The notes under the pieces are model-generated. The model did no database searches, had not been told where the DNA came from, and saw only the letters and a program-made list of their open reading frames with translations. Of a DNA stretch of 64,000 bases, positions 11,304 through 25,130 are shown in pieces. Source of the stretch: Octopus bimaculoides (Eukaryota); the NCBI RefSeq assembly GCF_001194135.2, contig NC_068982.1, forward strand, positions 16,085,810 to 16,149,809, in the 5' to 3' direction. A program made the position numbers and the translations under genes. How positions within the stretch are numbered: the stretch's first letter is position 1; each line of letters starts with the position of its first letter.

Positions 11304-12779
11304 TTTCAAAATACTTAATGGAACTTTTGTCCCGGTCATGTCTTTTGCAGTGCAAGAAATCAATACTGAGAAATAAAAAAAAAAGAAAGAAAAAAAAGGA
11401 TGGTGGCTTAGTGGAAGAAGTAGACCAGTCTTACGTATACAGAAGGACAAACATAGCCATGGCTTGAATGGAATTCTTCTGATGCATAGTCATGTTTTGC
11501 AGTATTTGCTGGCGTCTCTTTACATTCTGAGTTAGAAGCCTACGAAGGTCAATTTTGTCATTCATCTTTGAAGCGTCGATGAGTCTCTATAATCGATTTA
11601 TTTTCTGCTTCACCCCAATGTATGCCAGTGTGCCTCTGTTAGAAACCAATCATGAAAAACATGTGAAGATTTTTCATCTTCCTTTTTTCGGTATTTTCCT
11701 TTCATATCTTTTTCATCTGCTCTCTAAATTATCTTTTCTTTCTTCTCTAGCTTTCTGTCTCTTAATTCTCTCTCCCTATCTTTCGCTCTCCATCTACCTA
11801 TCTATCTATCTATCTATCTCCCTTTCTATCTATCTATCTACCTATCTATCTTGATGTTCAATTTATGTAAAATTCAATGTTTGATAAATTAGCATTTGGA
11901 AACAAATGAAGATTATCACGATCAAATTTGTCCATTCACTCTAAAATAAATATTAACAACCCTGCAGTTGAATCCCTAATTTATTTAGCTAATTACCTTA
12001 ATTGTGCTTCGTTCAACAAGCTACTGGCGTAATTCCTGTACAAAACATTTACAAAATTTGGAATTTTTTTTCTTCTATTAGAATTACCCTTTTCAAGAAG
12101 ACTGTAAAGAAGAAAAAGAAAAGAAAGAGATAAAACAAGGGAAAATGAAAATCGTCATGTATAGTGTTAAATATGCAAATATTTGCCAGAGAAACTACTT
12201 AAAATTACTTTTCTCGACAGCTGAAGTCCTTTGTGGTACTTAAAAATAAGATAATATCGGTTTTTATTAACGCTGTAAATAATCTCTAAAATATGCTATA
12301 ACATTTTGAATTTTAAGTATTATACCGTGAAGAGGATTATAATATAATTTCATTTTTATATTCATAACAAATGCTTATTGACAGAAGGTCGCCATCGTCC
12401 AAATTTCCTTCCTGAATATATATATTTTTTAACATGGAAATTTAAATGATGACGTAAATAAGTCAAGATTATTACTTGTTCACAGTTTCCTACGCTGCCG
12501 CCTTATTTGACATTGGAGTCGTACATCTTACATCCTATATCGTACATACCTCCCAAAACAATTTTAAGTACTTCATATTTACAACTTTATCCTTCTTTGA
12601 ACTTCATGCACAGCGTTCCAAAATTGTTCCTTTCACGAAACTCATCCTTCTAAAAACCGCATCTAGTGCATACGCTACCTCTTCTCATTTCATCTAACAA
12701 TAGTTTCCGTAAATGGACAACAGCATTGTGTGTGCTTTTTTATTACTGGGGGAGTGAAAACTCTTTCTGGTATTTTATT

Positions 12780-15110
12780 GCATCAGTTTGTTGTTGTTGT
12801 TGTTGTTGTTGTTATGGGGTTTGGGTGTAGTCTTTTGTTGTATTAGTGTTTGTATTGTGTGTTGTGTGAGTAATGCGAGTGGCGTTCTTCTGCTGGGTAT
12901 CCGGCCTGTAGAGTACATGTTGTGGTTGTCTGTTTTATTGAATATTTACTGTATAGGGAATGGAGGCGCAATGGCCCAGTGGTTAGGGCAGCGGACTCGA
13001 GGTCATAGGATCGCAGTTTCGATTCCCAGACCGGGCGTTGTGAGTGTTTGAGCGAAAACACCTAAAGCTCCGCGAGGCTCTGGCAGGAGATGGTGGCGAA
13101 CCCTGCTGTACTCTTTCACCACAATTTTCTCTCACTCTTTCTTCCTGTTTCTGTTGTGCCTGTAATTCAACGGGTCAGCCTTGTCACACTGTGTCACTCT
13201 GAATATCCCCGAGAACTACGTTAAGAGCACACGTGTCTGTGGAGTGCTCAGCCACTTGCACGTTAATTTCACGAGCAGGCTGTTCCGTTGATCGGATCAA
13301 CTAGAACCCTCGACGTCGTAAGCGACGGAGTGCCAACAACAACAACAACTGTATAGGGTGTGTCTGTGTTTGTGGATTGTTTTGTTTAAGATGTATTATT
13401 GAATTGACAGGGTCATGCGTAGGCAGGGGTATTTTGGGGATAGTATGTAGTACTGAGGGTCCAGGTATATCTGATTTTGTTCATATGTTTATTTTATCGC
13501 ACCACTGCTCCGATTATTACTGGTATTGTTTTCAACTTCATGCCCCACATCTTGAATACTTCAATTTCGAGGTTTTTGTGCTTTGACAATTTCTCCACTT
13601 CTTTGGGGACAACATTTGGTTCAGAAGGGACTGCAATATCTATCAGTAAGCAGGTATCTTTTTTTACAGTCCGTGATTATTATGTCTGAGCGATTAGTTT
13701 TGATTTCTTTGTCAGTTTGAACAGGCATATCTCAGATTATTGTGGCCTGATCATTGTCGTGTATCTTGTTTCGCACATATTTATACCATTTCGTGTTAGT
13801 TTTTATGTTAGGTTGGCATATTGTCATGTCTGTAGATATATTTTAAGATTTATTACTTTGTACTTTTTTGATATTTATTAATTATAGGTATTTTAGTGTA
13901 TTTACTTGTTAAATTTTTCTATATGTGATTGTGGATTTTCATGGATGAATTCAATAATTGTGGGTTTTTTTCTCTAAATTATATATTGTGAAATTTAATT
14001 TAATTTTAATAAATTAAATTAAATTGAATTTTTCCTGTAAATTTGGATTTTTATCCTAAATATTGTTATCNNNNNNNNNNNNNNNNNNNNNNNNNNNNNN
14101 NNNNNNNNNNNNNNNNNNNNNNNNNNNNNNNNNNNNNNNNNNNNNNNNNNNNNNNNNNNNNNNNNNNNNNNNNNNNNNNNNNNNNNNNNNNNNNNNNNNT
14201 ATATATATATATATATATATATTCAGATTTGGCAAAGACTGGGCAGCCAGAGGTAATGTAGTCAACAGTCTCATTGTGTTGGTTACACATTCTACATTTG
14301 GTGTTCGGGCCCGTTTCCATTATTTTGCTTTTGTAGTTGTTTGTGGTCAAGCATTGGTCTTGTACAGCGGAATTCCATTTTTGCTTTTAGTCCAGAGTTT
14401 TTGGGTCATCGTTGGCTTTTACTTAGGCTCACTTTTTTCTCTCGAGTTTTGCAGAGTCCATAGAGTGATTTTTCTCTCCATTTTTTCTTTGGGATGTTTT
14501 GTAGTTTTGTTTTCATGTTTCATTTCTTTTCTTTTTTTTTACTTTTTACTTTTTGACCATTTCTGCTATGTCGTCTGAGATTAGTGTATCAGTGTAGTTT
14601 TGTATTTTCTCGCCTGCTTACGTATAGACAAAAGAGTTTTCGTTTGCTCGTGTTACTTTATTACAATTGGCAGTCTTCCACTCTTTGTTTCTAACTACTC
14701 TTTTAGTCCAACTAGATATTTGTATGGGCGATTGTTGTCTAATTTTCTTATTTCTATGTCGCGTGCAGTGTTTTCAGTGCTGAACAATTTGCCTTTTCTC
14801 AACGTCTGTTTGGCACATTTGTGTAACCAAGATTGTTAGTGGAGGACAGAGAAAGGCAGAAAAGCAAATGCGATAGCAAGTCACCTTGGAAAATTCCTCT
14901 TCTTATGAGTATATGGCAGGATTTAATGACCTGTGATTCATTATTTAATGTTATACTGGTTTTCCCGTTTGCCATTTCACGGCTGATATATTTTAGTAGT
15001 GTTGGAGCTACTTTATTTGTGTGAAGAGATTCTATTATCCATGCGTGAGGAACACTGTTGAATGCTTTCTGGTAATGAATCCAAGTCATATTGGGATTTG
15101 TCTTTCTCTT
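12780..15110 (-). pseudogene. R4/Dong-type non-LTR retrotransposon remnant (RT, CCHC, RLE endonuclease, 3' UTR), interrupted
   Basis: YQKAFNSVPH..RGIFQGDLLSHLLFCL (RT); CRMCNQHNETVDYITSGC (zinc knuckle); DMPVQTDKEIKTNRSDII..LLIDIAVP..EKLSKHKNLEIEV..MWGMK..IPVIIGA (RLE). Confidence 0.9.
12959..13347 (+). mobile_element. Family A SINE inserted in the R4/Dong 3' UTR
   Basis: Full head and tail, (CAA)n end; 11-bp TSD actgtataggg (12948-12958 / 13348-13358). Confidence 0.96.
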
Positions 15111-15164
15111 TTAACAGTCCTCTTATTATTAGTATTATTATTATTATTATTATATTATTGTTTC

Positions 15165-15360
15165 TTTAGCACGCCGGGCAAAATGCTTCGCCGTATTTCA
15201 TCCGTCTTTACGTTCCGAGTTCAAATTTCGCCAAGGTCGACTTCACTTTTCATTCTTTCGGGATCGATAAATTAAGTACCAGTGAAACACTGAGGTCGGT
15301 GTAATCGATTAGTCCTCTCCCAAAATTTCAGGCTTTGTGTCTTTAGTAGGAAGGGATTAT
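15165..15360 (+). mobile_element. Family D SINE, 5'-truncated, (ATT)n tail
   Basis: ttagcacgccgggcaaaatgctt...gtcgacttcacttttcattctttcgggatcgataaattaagtacc. Confidence 0.9.
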
Positions 15361-15599
15361 TATTATTATCATTATTATTATTATTAGTTCATATACGTTC
15401 AACAAATTAGACTGCTGAAAAAGAAAAACTTCCTAACATCGGGCTACAACAAGTAACTTCAGATGCCAAGAACCTTTCTAAGTATCCTAGCTCTCCTTAA
15501 TAATACTGCTAGGATACTTAGAGGGTTATTATAATGCGTTAAAACACACAGCTTATTTTGTTGGGTATGATGGAAAGTGTCAGCTGTCCACAGCCAGCA

Positions 15600-16040
15600 G
15601 ACTAAGGTGACACTTGTTTACTGGTCTTGCTTCAAGAACCTTGCGAAGAATTCTTGCAGTTCCAGAAATATGAAGAATTCTTGCAATTATTATTCTTGTT
15701 GTCATTTACTTTTAATCAGCAAGTTTGTTCCAATCACTCGCCGAGACATACCCAGCATCCTAGGGCCAGTGAAGGATAAGATGCTACAGTATGGCTGTAA
15801 TCCTGGTGAGAGGAAGTGACTGGGGAAGTAGCGAGATATCTCCATATTATACAACACATACATTTAAATTGATAGGGTTTTTTTGTAAGGATGTGGGCAG
15901 TACTTGTCAGTAAAATCTTGGATTTCTCTGAGACATGGTTCTCCTGGAATCTTATCTAGATGTTTGACATCCCTTTTTTATCATACATAGGGCATCTACA
16001 ATAACAGGAACAGTTCTCGTTTATTATTGTTACCATCATT
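15600..16040 (-). pseudogene. Two R4/Dong 3'-end fragments
   Basis: Minus frames ..GTARILRKVLE and VPVIVDALCMIKKG..HLDKIPGEPCLREIQ..LTSTAHIL. Confidence 0.75.
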
Positions 16041-16129
16041 GTTTAGGTCTAGTGTTCATTCGATTTTTCCTAGCTGCTAAGTTCCGGGTACGTATTCAAA
16101 CACCGGATGTCAGCTGTATTACGTGAAGT

Positions 16130-16370
16130 CAAGTGACGGAAAGAGGTAAACTGAAAAACACAGACAGTGTCACACACACGTGCTTGCGTACACACACACA
16201 CACACACACGTGTGTGTGTACTTTCTGCTCAGTTACTCCCTTGCCAGGTTCACTCACGGGGCATTGATTATCTCGGGAAAAAGCAGAACAGACTTGTCCA
16301 AGGTACCACACAATAGGACGAAACTACATGGTTTTGAAACGGACTTCTAAACCACACAGCAGCGTCTGCA
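16130..16370 (-). mobile_element. Degenerate family C-like SINE
   Basis: cttgtccaaggtaccacac...actacatggtt...accacacagc. Confidence 0.6.
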
Positions 16371-17434
16371 CCAAATATTTATGACTAAATTTTAACCATT
16401 CCAAAACCTCACCCAATTCTCTCAACTCTTTTCCTCCACCAGGGCATTGCGGACTAACAAAGTACATTAAAGTTTGTTACAGATAGAGTTATCTAAAAAG
16501 TCCTGTTGAACTTCAAATTTTCATATTCCTTAAAACTGCTTAGTCATCGTTTCGTTTCATCATTCCGTTTGTAGTTTTTGATCTGACTGAATACAAAGCA
16601 GCTGTCTCCAGAGAATACATTATATGGTATATTGAAGTTTTCAAATGTATTCAATAATATTTATTGCAAATTTTAAATTTTTCTGCCTACTCAAAGCAAA
16701 TAACGCCATATTTTATCTTATTATTAACTAATCTATCACTTCAACTTTAGAACTCAAGCCAAAAGATAAAATTCTTTTACCGTTTAATCTGGCATGAATT
16801 ATTCATCAGTAACCGAGCCTCGTTATCTTGGTCACTTCTTTATCAACTACTGTAGTTTCAAATTTGTGTTGTTGATTTTCATATCTGAAATATACATTAC
16901 ATTTAAATGTGTGTGTGTGCGTGCATTATATACATGCGTGTGTGTGTATGTATCATGTATATATGTATGTATGTGTGTGTGTGTATTTGTATATAATATG
17001 TCTCTATATATCTTCCTCATCACTGTTGTCATCCGATGTGCTTCGAAAATATCTATTCTCTCACCCGCAACTGCTCTCACTTCCTCACACACAAACACAC
17101 ACACAAGCCAACACGCTACAGCCTTGCTAACCAGCGCCATTATACTTACAAACTTGCAACACCGTTATACACATACACACACATACATATGCCACACAAA
17201 CCCACACAAACCCACACAAGCTCCTCTTCCCTTGTGTCCGCTTCCAGACGCAGATGCACTTTTATACTAGCATCAGTATCCCCCCACCGTCACTTCCTAC
17301 TTTCGTAACTGTCCGATGCAGAACCTGCTTTCAGTATTCTCACTTGGTTTCTAGCCCTTTGCCTGTATTCTTTTTTGTCTGATTATCTCCCTTTGTCACT
17401 ATGCTTAACTCTTTCTTATATTATATTATATTAT

Positions 17435-17591
17435 ATAGGAGTGGCTGTGTGGTAAGTAGCTTGCTTACCAACCACATGGTTCCGGGTTCAGTCCCACTGC
17501 GTGGCACCTTGGGCAAGTGGCTACTATAGCCTCGGGCCGACCAATGCCTTGTGAGTGGATTTGGTAGACGGAAACTGAAAGAAGCCCGTCG

Positions 17592-17658
<67 letters not shown>

Positions 17659-17853
17659 GTGTGTGTGTGTGTCCCCAACATCGCTTGACAACCGATGCTG
17701 GTGTGTTTACGTTCCCGTAACTTAACAGTTCGGCAAAAGGGAACCGATAGAATAAGTACTAGGCTTACAAAGAAGTCCTGGGGTCGATTTGCTCGACTAA
17801 AGGCAGTGCTCCAGCATGGCCGCAGCCAAATGACTGAACCAAGTAAAAGAGTA
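17435..17853 (+). mobile_element. Family C SINE, near full length with internal (TA)/(TG) tract
   Basis: Close match to the other family C copies in this window. Confidence 0.95.
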
Positions 17854-18260
17854 AGCTCTGTGCAAAAGGAAACCGAACTTAGATGAGTATCACGTAAGTC
17901 TAGAGATGGGAGCGATGACCTCCCTTGCAAATGCTATATGGACACAATCTATGTGTCGATAGCCAGCTGGAAAATATGCTTTCCTGGGGCTATAACAACA
18001 GTAACGTCCTTTATAGGACTGCCACGTTCTGTTGGCATATGAACATTACCATTCGTAACATTATAGCAAAGACAAAAATTACACGGATGCAAACTTCTTC
18101 GTACTAATGTATTAGATCCATTGAAAAAAAATTAGAAGTGGAACAAATGATTCAACAGTTTGAGAACTGCTACCTTAATTTTCAGAGGGAATCAGCGTTA
18201 GCCAATGTGACAAGGATGGACCTTTTGAAGTGAGTGAGTGAGCGAGCGAGCGAGCGAGCG

Positions 18261-18386
<126 letters not shown>

Positions 18387-18689
18387 TCGATCCTAGCATT
18401 GTTCTGATACTTTATCTATTTCGAAAATATGACGAGGCAAAGTTAATCTCAGCATGATTTGAATGCAGCAGGCAGAGCCGAAAAGAATACTGGGAAACAT
18501 GCTATCCGAAGCTCTAACGGTTCTACCAATTTTAGGTCTTGCTATCTACAATTCCCCTACAAGAGTAAATCCTAAATTTACTTCGTCGTGGAGCTATTCT
18601 ACGATTTCTCAAAATCACAGAATACCTACCTATATTTTACGTCTAATCCTATCACCCAAATTTTAATAAGACATTAAATGATATAAAAT

Positions 18690-18860
18690 TTGTTTTAGTG
18701 ATAAAGTTTACTCGTGTAAAAAAAAAAACACTATCTCACGGAACTCCAGAAATTTTACTCAGAATATTGATGTTCCTGAGAACCGATTTGAGAAACAGAA
18801 ATCCAAAAATCAAAGTACACTTACAAAACATATCTGAGAGAGCCAAACTACACACAAACT
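18690..18860 (+). pseudogene. Penelope-like GIY-YIG C-terminal fragment
   Basis: NRFEKQKSKNQSTLTKHI*E resembles the Penelope motif KNSTELSKHIWELK. Confidence 0.5.
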
Positions 18861-19394
18861 CACCACTACTACAAGCACATACAAAGAAACGACAAAATTA
18901 ACGTACAGACAATGAGTAGATAGACAGCCGACAACTGATGAAAGGTCGTTCTTTATGTTACTTGTCCTGTTTTCCATTTGTTTCTCTCGTTTGCGTATTG
19001 AACTCATTTGTTTTCGTATTTCATGTTTACTGTTGTTGACGCCCATTATTTATATTATATTAGATCCGTCAGGATTTCATTAATTAATTTCTTTAAAATT
19101 GATTAATTAAAATTTAATCAATTAATCGCATCGTAGTGAAGGCTTCGATGCGTTGCGAATATGGTTTACTTTGCATCAAACTTCAGTGATAGTCATTATG
19201 ATTTATGCCAATCCTTGCCGTAGCGCTCAGTCTCGTTCTCCACAGAAGTAAGAAAAAATTTCTGAATGTTTCAATAAGTCAATCAAAGCAGAAGCGATAC
19301 GTAATTCTAGCAGGTTTTCCCAGATTGGTAAAAATCGATAAGCTTCGAATAATTGCAGGTTGTTGACAGTAAAGGAATGCAACCTATCTTTTAT

Positions 19395-19785
19395 CTTTTA
19401 CTTGTGTTAGTCATTATGCTGTGGCCAAGCTGGAGCACCGCCTTGAAAGGTTTTTAGTCAAATAAATCGACCCCGGGACTTATTTTTATGGACTGGTATT
19501 TAGTCTGTCGGTCTGTTTCGTCGAACCAGCTGTTAAGTTATGGGGATGTAAACAAACTAACACCGGTTGTCAAGCGATGGTGGTGGGGGACAAACACAAG
19601 GCACACACATATATGACAAGCTTCAACACAATTTCCGTCAACCAAGTTCACCCAGGGGGCGTTGGACAACCCGGAGCTATAGTAGAAAATACTTGCCCAA
19701 GATGCCACGCAATAGGATTGAACCTGAAACCACAACGACGTGGCTTTAAAGCGAACTTTCTAACCACCAACAATACTTGCGTCTG
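19395..19785 (-). mobile_element. Family C SINE
   Basis: ttttacttgtgttagtcatt...ggagcaccgcc...cttgcccaagatgccacgc. Confidence 0.9.
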
Positions 19786-20201
19786 TATTTAAGAATATAA
19801 ATTTCTTGAAATAGAAGACCACCCAAACATGTCGAAAACATAATTTGTAGTAACCTGCAACCTACGTAGCTCTCCACATTTCATGCGCAACCATTTCTAA
19901 ATGCTCTGGGGTAAGTACAGCCTTCCCCATTCTACAATACCATTTCCTCCTCTCCCACAAAAGGCATGGTATTGGTAGAGTCGTTAGTGTGTTGGATATA
20001 CTGCTTTGTAGTATTTGCTCCAGTTCTTTTAACTCTAGTTTCGAATCCTGACAAGGCCAGCTTTATCTTTTGTAGTGAGACTTGAAACCGAGTTGTCGAA
20101 TTACTGAAGTTAAAGTTATGACATAACAACGGTTTGTTCACGTGAGAGGCCAAGTTATTGGCCAATCAGTAGTCAGATTTCACGTGAGCGATTATTTAGA
20201 T

Positions 20202-20305
20202 CAGTGGTTCCCAAAGGGAGTAAATACAGCATGTGAAGTGTGCCCCAACGCATGTCGGTGTGCACGATATGGTCTGGAATGGAATGAAGGAAAACAGGAC
20301 CACTG
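20202..20305. mobile_element. Short hAT-type MITE
   Basis: cagtggttccc / ggaccactg; degenerate TSD atttagat/agttacat. Confidence 0.5.
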
Positions 20306-20569
20306 AGTTACATCGAGGAAACTAGTATTGATTAGAGTGAATCAGCGTAAGCCAATGTGGCAAAGATGGACCTTTTGAATTACATGATTTACAGTATTCT
20401 AAAATAAAAGCAAATAATAAAAACTAAAAACCTAAATATGTGGAACGGATCACGAAATTACAACAAAACGAATTCATTGCGCAGATGTAACTTATAAATT
20501 AATTATGATTTCGTGCTCCAGAATTCTGAGAATCTGAGTTGCTATTTCCACGTCTAAGATTTGGCTACC

Positions 20570-20900
20570 ATTATCATCATCATCATCATCATCGATGTTG
20601 TCATCCTCCTCCTCATCATCAATGTCGTCTTTATCCTCCTCCTCATCATCATCGTCTTTATCCTCCTCCTCATCATCATCGTCTTTATCCTCCTCCTCAT
20701 CATCATCGTCTTTATCCTCCTCCTCATCATCATCGTCTTTATCCTCCTCCTCCTCCTCATCATCATCATCGATGTTGTCGTTCTCTTCCTCATCATCAAT
20801 GTCGTCTTTATCATCCTCTTCCTCATCATCATGGATGTTGTCGTTCTCCTCCCCCTCATGATGATCGATGTTGTCGTCGTCGTCCTCATCATCGTCTTTG
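20570..20900. repeat. Minisatellite with 27-bp core (tcatcatcatcgtctttatcctcctcc) built from TCA/TCC triplets
   Basis: Direct; see the finding on the acidic minus-strand frame. Confidence 0.95.
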
Positions 20901-21587
20901 TGTATCCTATAGACAGGAAATAATCTTAGAACGGCCCCCTTAGATACCCATCATCCTTGACAATTTCCTCTCATATCTGCTCTTTTTTTTGTTCTTTTTT
21001 TTTTAATATTAAATATTCATTCAGCATCGTTAATCGTAATGTTTAAGTTTCTCTAGATCTTTTTGGATCATTGTCAGTCAGTTGTTTTACAACAAGCTTT
21101 TGTGTGTTTTCTTATTCTTGCAGCCGGAATTGTGTCGGTAGTTTGTTTGCCAATCTTAAATGGTGCATTCAATTCAAATAGTCTTGTCGAGCCAAGACAC
21201 TGTTTATCGAATTGGCTAAAAAAAAAAATAGTCTTGATAGAAACAAGTTCGTTGACTGATCTTCTACAGAGGGTTAATCTCCTTATCTAAAATTTCAGTG
21301 AAAGTATCGCATTTTTTAAAGATTTTCAACATATCTCAATCGTTCGGGTTCTTATGCTATTTTTTTTTTTTTGTTATACAACTCAGCTAATATAAAATGG
21401 TGCTAACTGCGGAATTTGACGTGTAAAGTAATATACTTTTGCTTCTGTTCTGTACCTTAATAATACAGCAGTTTTTTTTCTTCTTCGTATCATCCAACAT
21501 GCTTAAACACATTATTTTGTTCCAAACGCACTTAATCTAATCTAACATTGATCTAACATCATCAGTAACAAGTCATGCGCTTTTATG

Positions 21588-21979
21588 CTTTCACTTGTTT
21601 CAGTCATTTAACTGCGGCCATGCTGGAGCACTGCCTTTAGTCGAAGAAATCGACCCCCAGGTCTTATTCTTTATTAGCCTAGTACTTATTCTATCGATCG
21701 CTTTTGCCGAACCGCTAAGTTACGGGGACGTAAACACATCAACATCGGTTTTCAAGCGATGGTGGGGGACAAACACAGAAACACAAATACACACACACAC
21801 ACATATATTTATACAACGTGCTTCTTTCAGCTTCCGTCTATCAAATCCACTCATTAGGCTTTAGTCGGCCCAAGGCTATAGTAGAAGACACTTGCCCAAG
21901 GTACCATGCAGTGGGACTAAACCCGGAACCATGTCGTTGGTAAGTAAGTTACTTACCACACAGCCACTCCTGCGCCTAT
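21588..21979 (-). mobile_element. Family C SINE, full length
   Basis: Ends cagccactcctgcgcctat (head in minus sense). Confidence 0.95.
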
Positions 21980-23983
21980 GTTGGTCTTATTAGTATTGAT
22001 ATTAAGAGATATTTCAGGGAGCTTCTTATTTTTGTCTTCAGTGTAAAAACAAATTTCACTGCCTTAAACATAAGATCTGTGGTATTTGAAATTTTGACGA
22101 AACTGCATAGAATAAAGAAAGTCTGCAGAGTTGAACGTTCTTTTCGTTATTGCATTGACAACTACGTTGAATGACAGATATGAGAAGACACAACCTTATC
22201 TGACACCTGTTAGGAAATAGCTGGATATTTAATCTGTAATTCTGAGTGCATAAGTTGGACCGCCATATACATTTTTTAATAACCGGATAGGCTAGATTGA
22301 TAAGTCCTCAACCTCAAAGGATTTCCGGAGTATCGGTCTCTATATACTATTAATTTCGGTTTCAAAGCCTCTGTTAGAAATATATGGCTGTTTGTTGTTT
22401 CGGTTTCGTTCTCCAAAAATTTGTTGAAGTGTAAAAACATGATCATTGCAATAGTAATTTAGGTGGAAGCCTACCTTCTCCTCTCAGACTACATGTTTCC
22501 ATCTTGGTTTCAAACACATTTGAAACACCTTGCTGGCAAATAACAAACAAGTGTTAAGAGCTGGTACAAAGATTATTTTCTTCTTATTCGCGACTCATTT
22601 ATTATCTATTATCAGCCAATGAGTCTAGGACGACACTTAGTGGCTCTGTAATTGAATCATCCACAACAATTAGAGATATTTTTCTTTGCTCTCACTTGTT
22701 TCCTTGAAGGCTTAGAATGACTCCACAAATACTAACAGCTATGTGAGGAGACGAATGTAGATTCAAGTATCAGCTTAGAAACGCAAGAAGCTGTCTCCGG
22801 CTTGACATGACTGTTTAACATTTCTACTAAGCTATTTCGCAAATTATGCCACAGGCTTTGGCAGAGCACAAAGAATTGTTTCTAATGAATGATGGTAATT
22901 TGTTCTACGCTTATCGAATAATTTAATCAAAAACATTATCAATACGTATGTAACTGGGAAAAGTAAAAACAAAAAGAAAATAAATGAAATTCTCTCCCTC
23001 ATAATTTGCTCTCCATATATCTGCATACGTGCAAATTGTTTCTGTACATCCAAGGAAACATATTGATTTATAATTTTTGGCACGGGGTTACTTATCTGTT
23101 CAAAAGGATCTTAATCAACTGAATCGACTTTGCTAATGCTTATTTTATCGATCTTGAGCGAATGAAGAACAAACTCAATCCAAACAGAAATTGAATTCAG
23201 AACGTAAAGGGATTTCACTAAACACCGCAAGATATTTAATTCAGCATGCTTTTGTTTCTGAAACTCTACTGCTCTGTACACGAATATATACTGCAAGGCT
23301 ATGTATGTCAACCTAGGTTCTACTTGACAAATGTTAGCTGTTAAAACAACCCCATTAAAACTGATGCTAGTGATGATAGATGCTTCAACACATCTAATCT
23401 TTGATCAGCAAAACATCTTACACTTGGAAGCATACAGCTTCCCTACATCGTTCACTTAATCAAGTGTAAACCATGCTGGCGACAGTTAAAACATACGGAG
23501 TAATAAAAATAAGCTATTCGATAAGAATATTGCTATCTATACATCTATATATAATCAACTAATTCTGGTTTTCACAAGTACTATTTCTTTCTTTTTAAAC
23601 AACTTTGCTATGGATTTGATCTTTTCCTACTTTCTCAGAAAACTGGATTAAATCTCCGATAATAAGAAAAACAAAAAGAATATAAAGAAAACGCTCTACG
23701 TCGACCATTTTGTTTTATTTGCTCTCAGCAGAATGAACATAGGCTCATGTCAAGTAGAAACCAATAACTATCAAATAACTGTCCATGTTAGTTGCAGATA
23801 TCAAACGCAACTGTGATTATTCTGCTATATGTCACGAACAGGCCAAATCGTTACAAACTAATTGTTGCTTAGCCTCAGGTCAGTTGTGATCGAACAGATC
23901 AATAATCAAAAGCAATCCAGTTGTGATCATCCCATCGTTTTTGTTTTTTGCTTGTTTGTTTTTACTTCAGACATGGTGTATCT

Positions 23984-24373
23984 GTTGTTGTTGGCACTCC
24001 GTCGCTGACGGCGTCGAGGGTTCCAGTTGATCCGATCAACGGAACAGCCTGCTCATGAAATTAACGTGCAAGTGGCTGAGCACTCCACAGACACGTGTAC
24101 CCTTAATGTAGTTCTCGGGGATATTCAGCGTGACACAGTGTGACAAGGCTGACCCTTTGAATTACAGGCACAACAGAAACAGGAAGTAAGAGTGAGAGAA
24201 AGTTGTGGTGAAAGAGTACAGCAGGGTTCGCCACCATCTCCTGCCGGAGCCTCGTGGAGCTTTTAGGTGTTTTCGTTCAATAAACACACACAACGCCCGG
24301 TCTGGGAATCGAAACCGCAATCCTATGACCGCGAATCCGCTGCCCTAACCACTGGGCCATTGCGCCTCCACCG
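23984..24373 (-). mobile_element. Family A SINE inserted in a family E repeat
   Basis: 10-bp TSD tggtgtatct (23974-23983 / 24374-24383). Confidence 0.96.
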
Positions 24374-24634
24374 TGGTGTATCTAGAACTACATTATCAAA
24401 AGAATCCTTCCTACGCTTAAAATTTGATTTAAGGTAGATATCACCGCTATTTTTGTCAGATCGTGCGATCACGTAGAGGATTTCTCGCTGACTTGTGGTT
24501 ATAAACTATTTCACTGTAATCTGGCAGACGACACACAAACGCATAACACAACATACATTATAGAATATTCAACATGGAGACGGATGGACATCTTACAGAA
24601 ATGATTTTAGTTTGTTAAAACTGGTTGAATAATA

Positions 24635-24849
24635 TTGGGTTGGTACATAATTATTGCGGTTTTTTTTTCAACAAAAACATGTGATAAAAACATCTTTAAA
24701 TGATTATTCCGGAGTATATTCACTATCTACTTCAATTACTGCTTTCCATTTGCTTGGCAGGCGGTCAGACCTTCATTTAAAGATGTTTTTGTTAGATAAA
24801 ATTTGTTGAAAAAAAAAAAAAAAGCCGCAATAATTATGCACCAACCCAA
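24635..24849 (-). mobile_element. Mariner deletion derivative / MITE
   Basis: TIRs ttgggttggtacataattattgcgg / ccgcaataattatgcaccaacccaa; TA TSD; internal DRLPSKWKAVIEVDSEY* resembles the mariner C-terminus. Confidence 0.9.
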
Positions 24850-24919
24850 TAAAATCATTTGAGATTTTCAACATGATTTATTAAATGGTAAAAATAACTA
24901 ATTACAAGGAACAGGAAGG

Positions 24920-25130
24920 TGGTGAACTGACAGAATCGTTAAAGCATCTGCAATGGTGCTTTGTGTTTTTTTTGTTTTTTTTACTCGCTTCGTTCCGAGT
25001 TCGAATTCCAGCGAGATCGACTTTGCCTTTCATCTTTTTTTTTTTTATGAATAAAATAAGAAATAGCTTAGCCCTAGGGTCGATGTAATCTGGACTTGTG
25101 CAAAAATTAGAAAGGAACTATGAAGAAAAA
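24920..25130 (+). mobile_element. Degenerate family D SINE
   Basis: gaaggtggtgaactgacagaatcgtta...gagttcgaattcc...gactttgcctttcatc. Confidence 0.8.

Noticed and set aside
13850-14070. Extremely AT-rich insert as a mitochondrial NUMT
   Set aside because: No recognisable mitochondrial gene motif; equally compatible with a decayed retroelement.
18935-18990. CTGATGA downstream of a Penelope fragment as a hammerhead
   Set aside because: No stem II hairpin or GAAA within range.
19850-19920. Consensus donor GGG|GTAAGT
   Set aside because: Upstream frames all contain stops; isolated motif.
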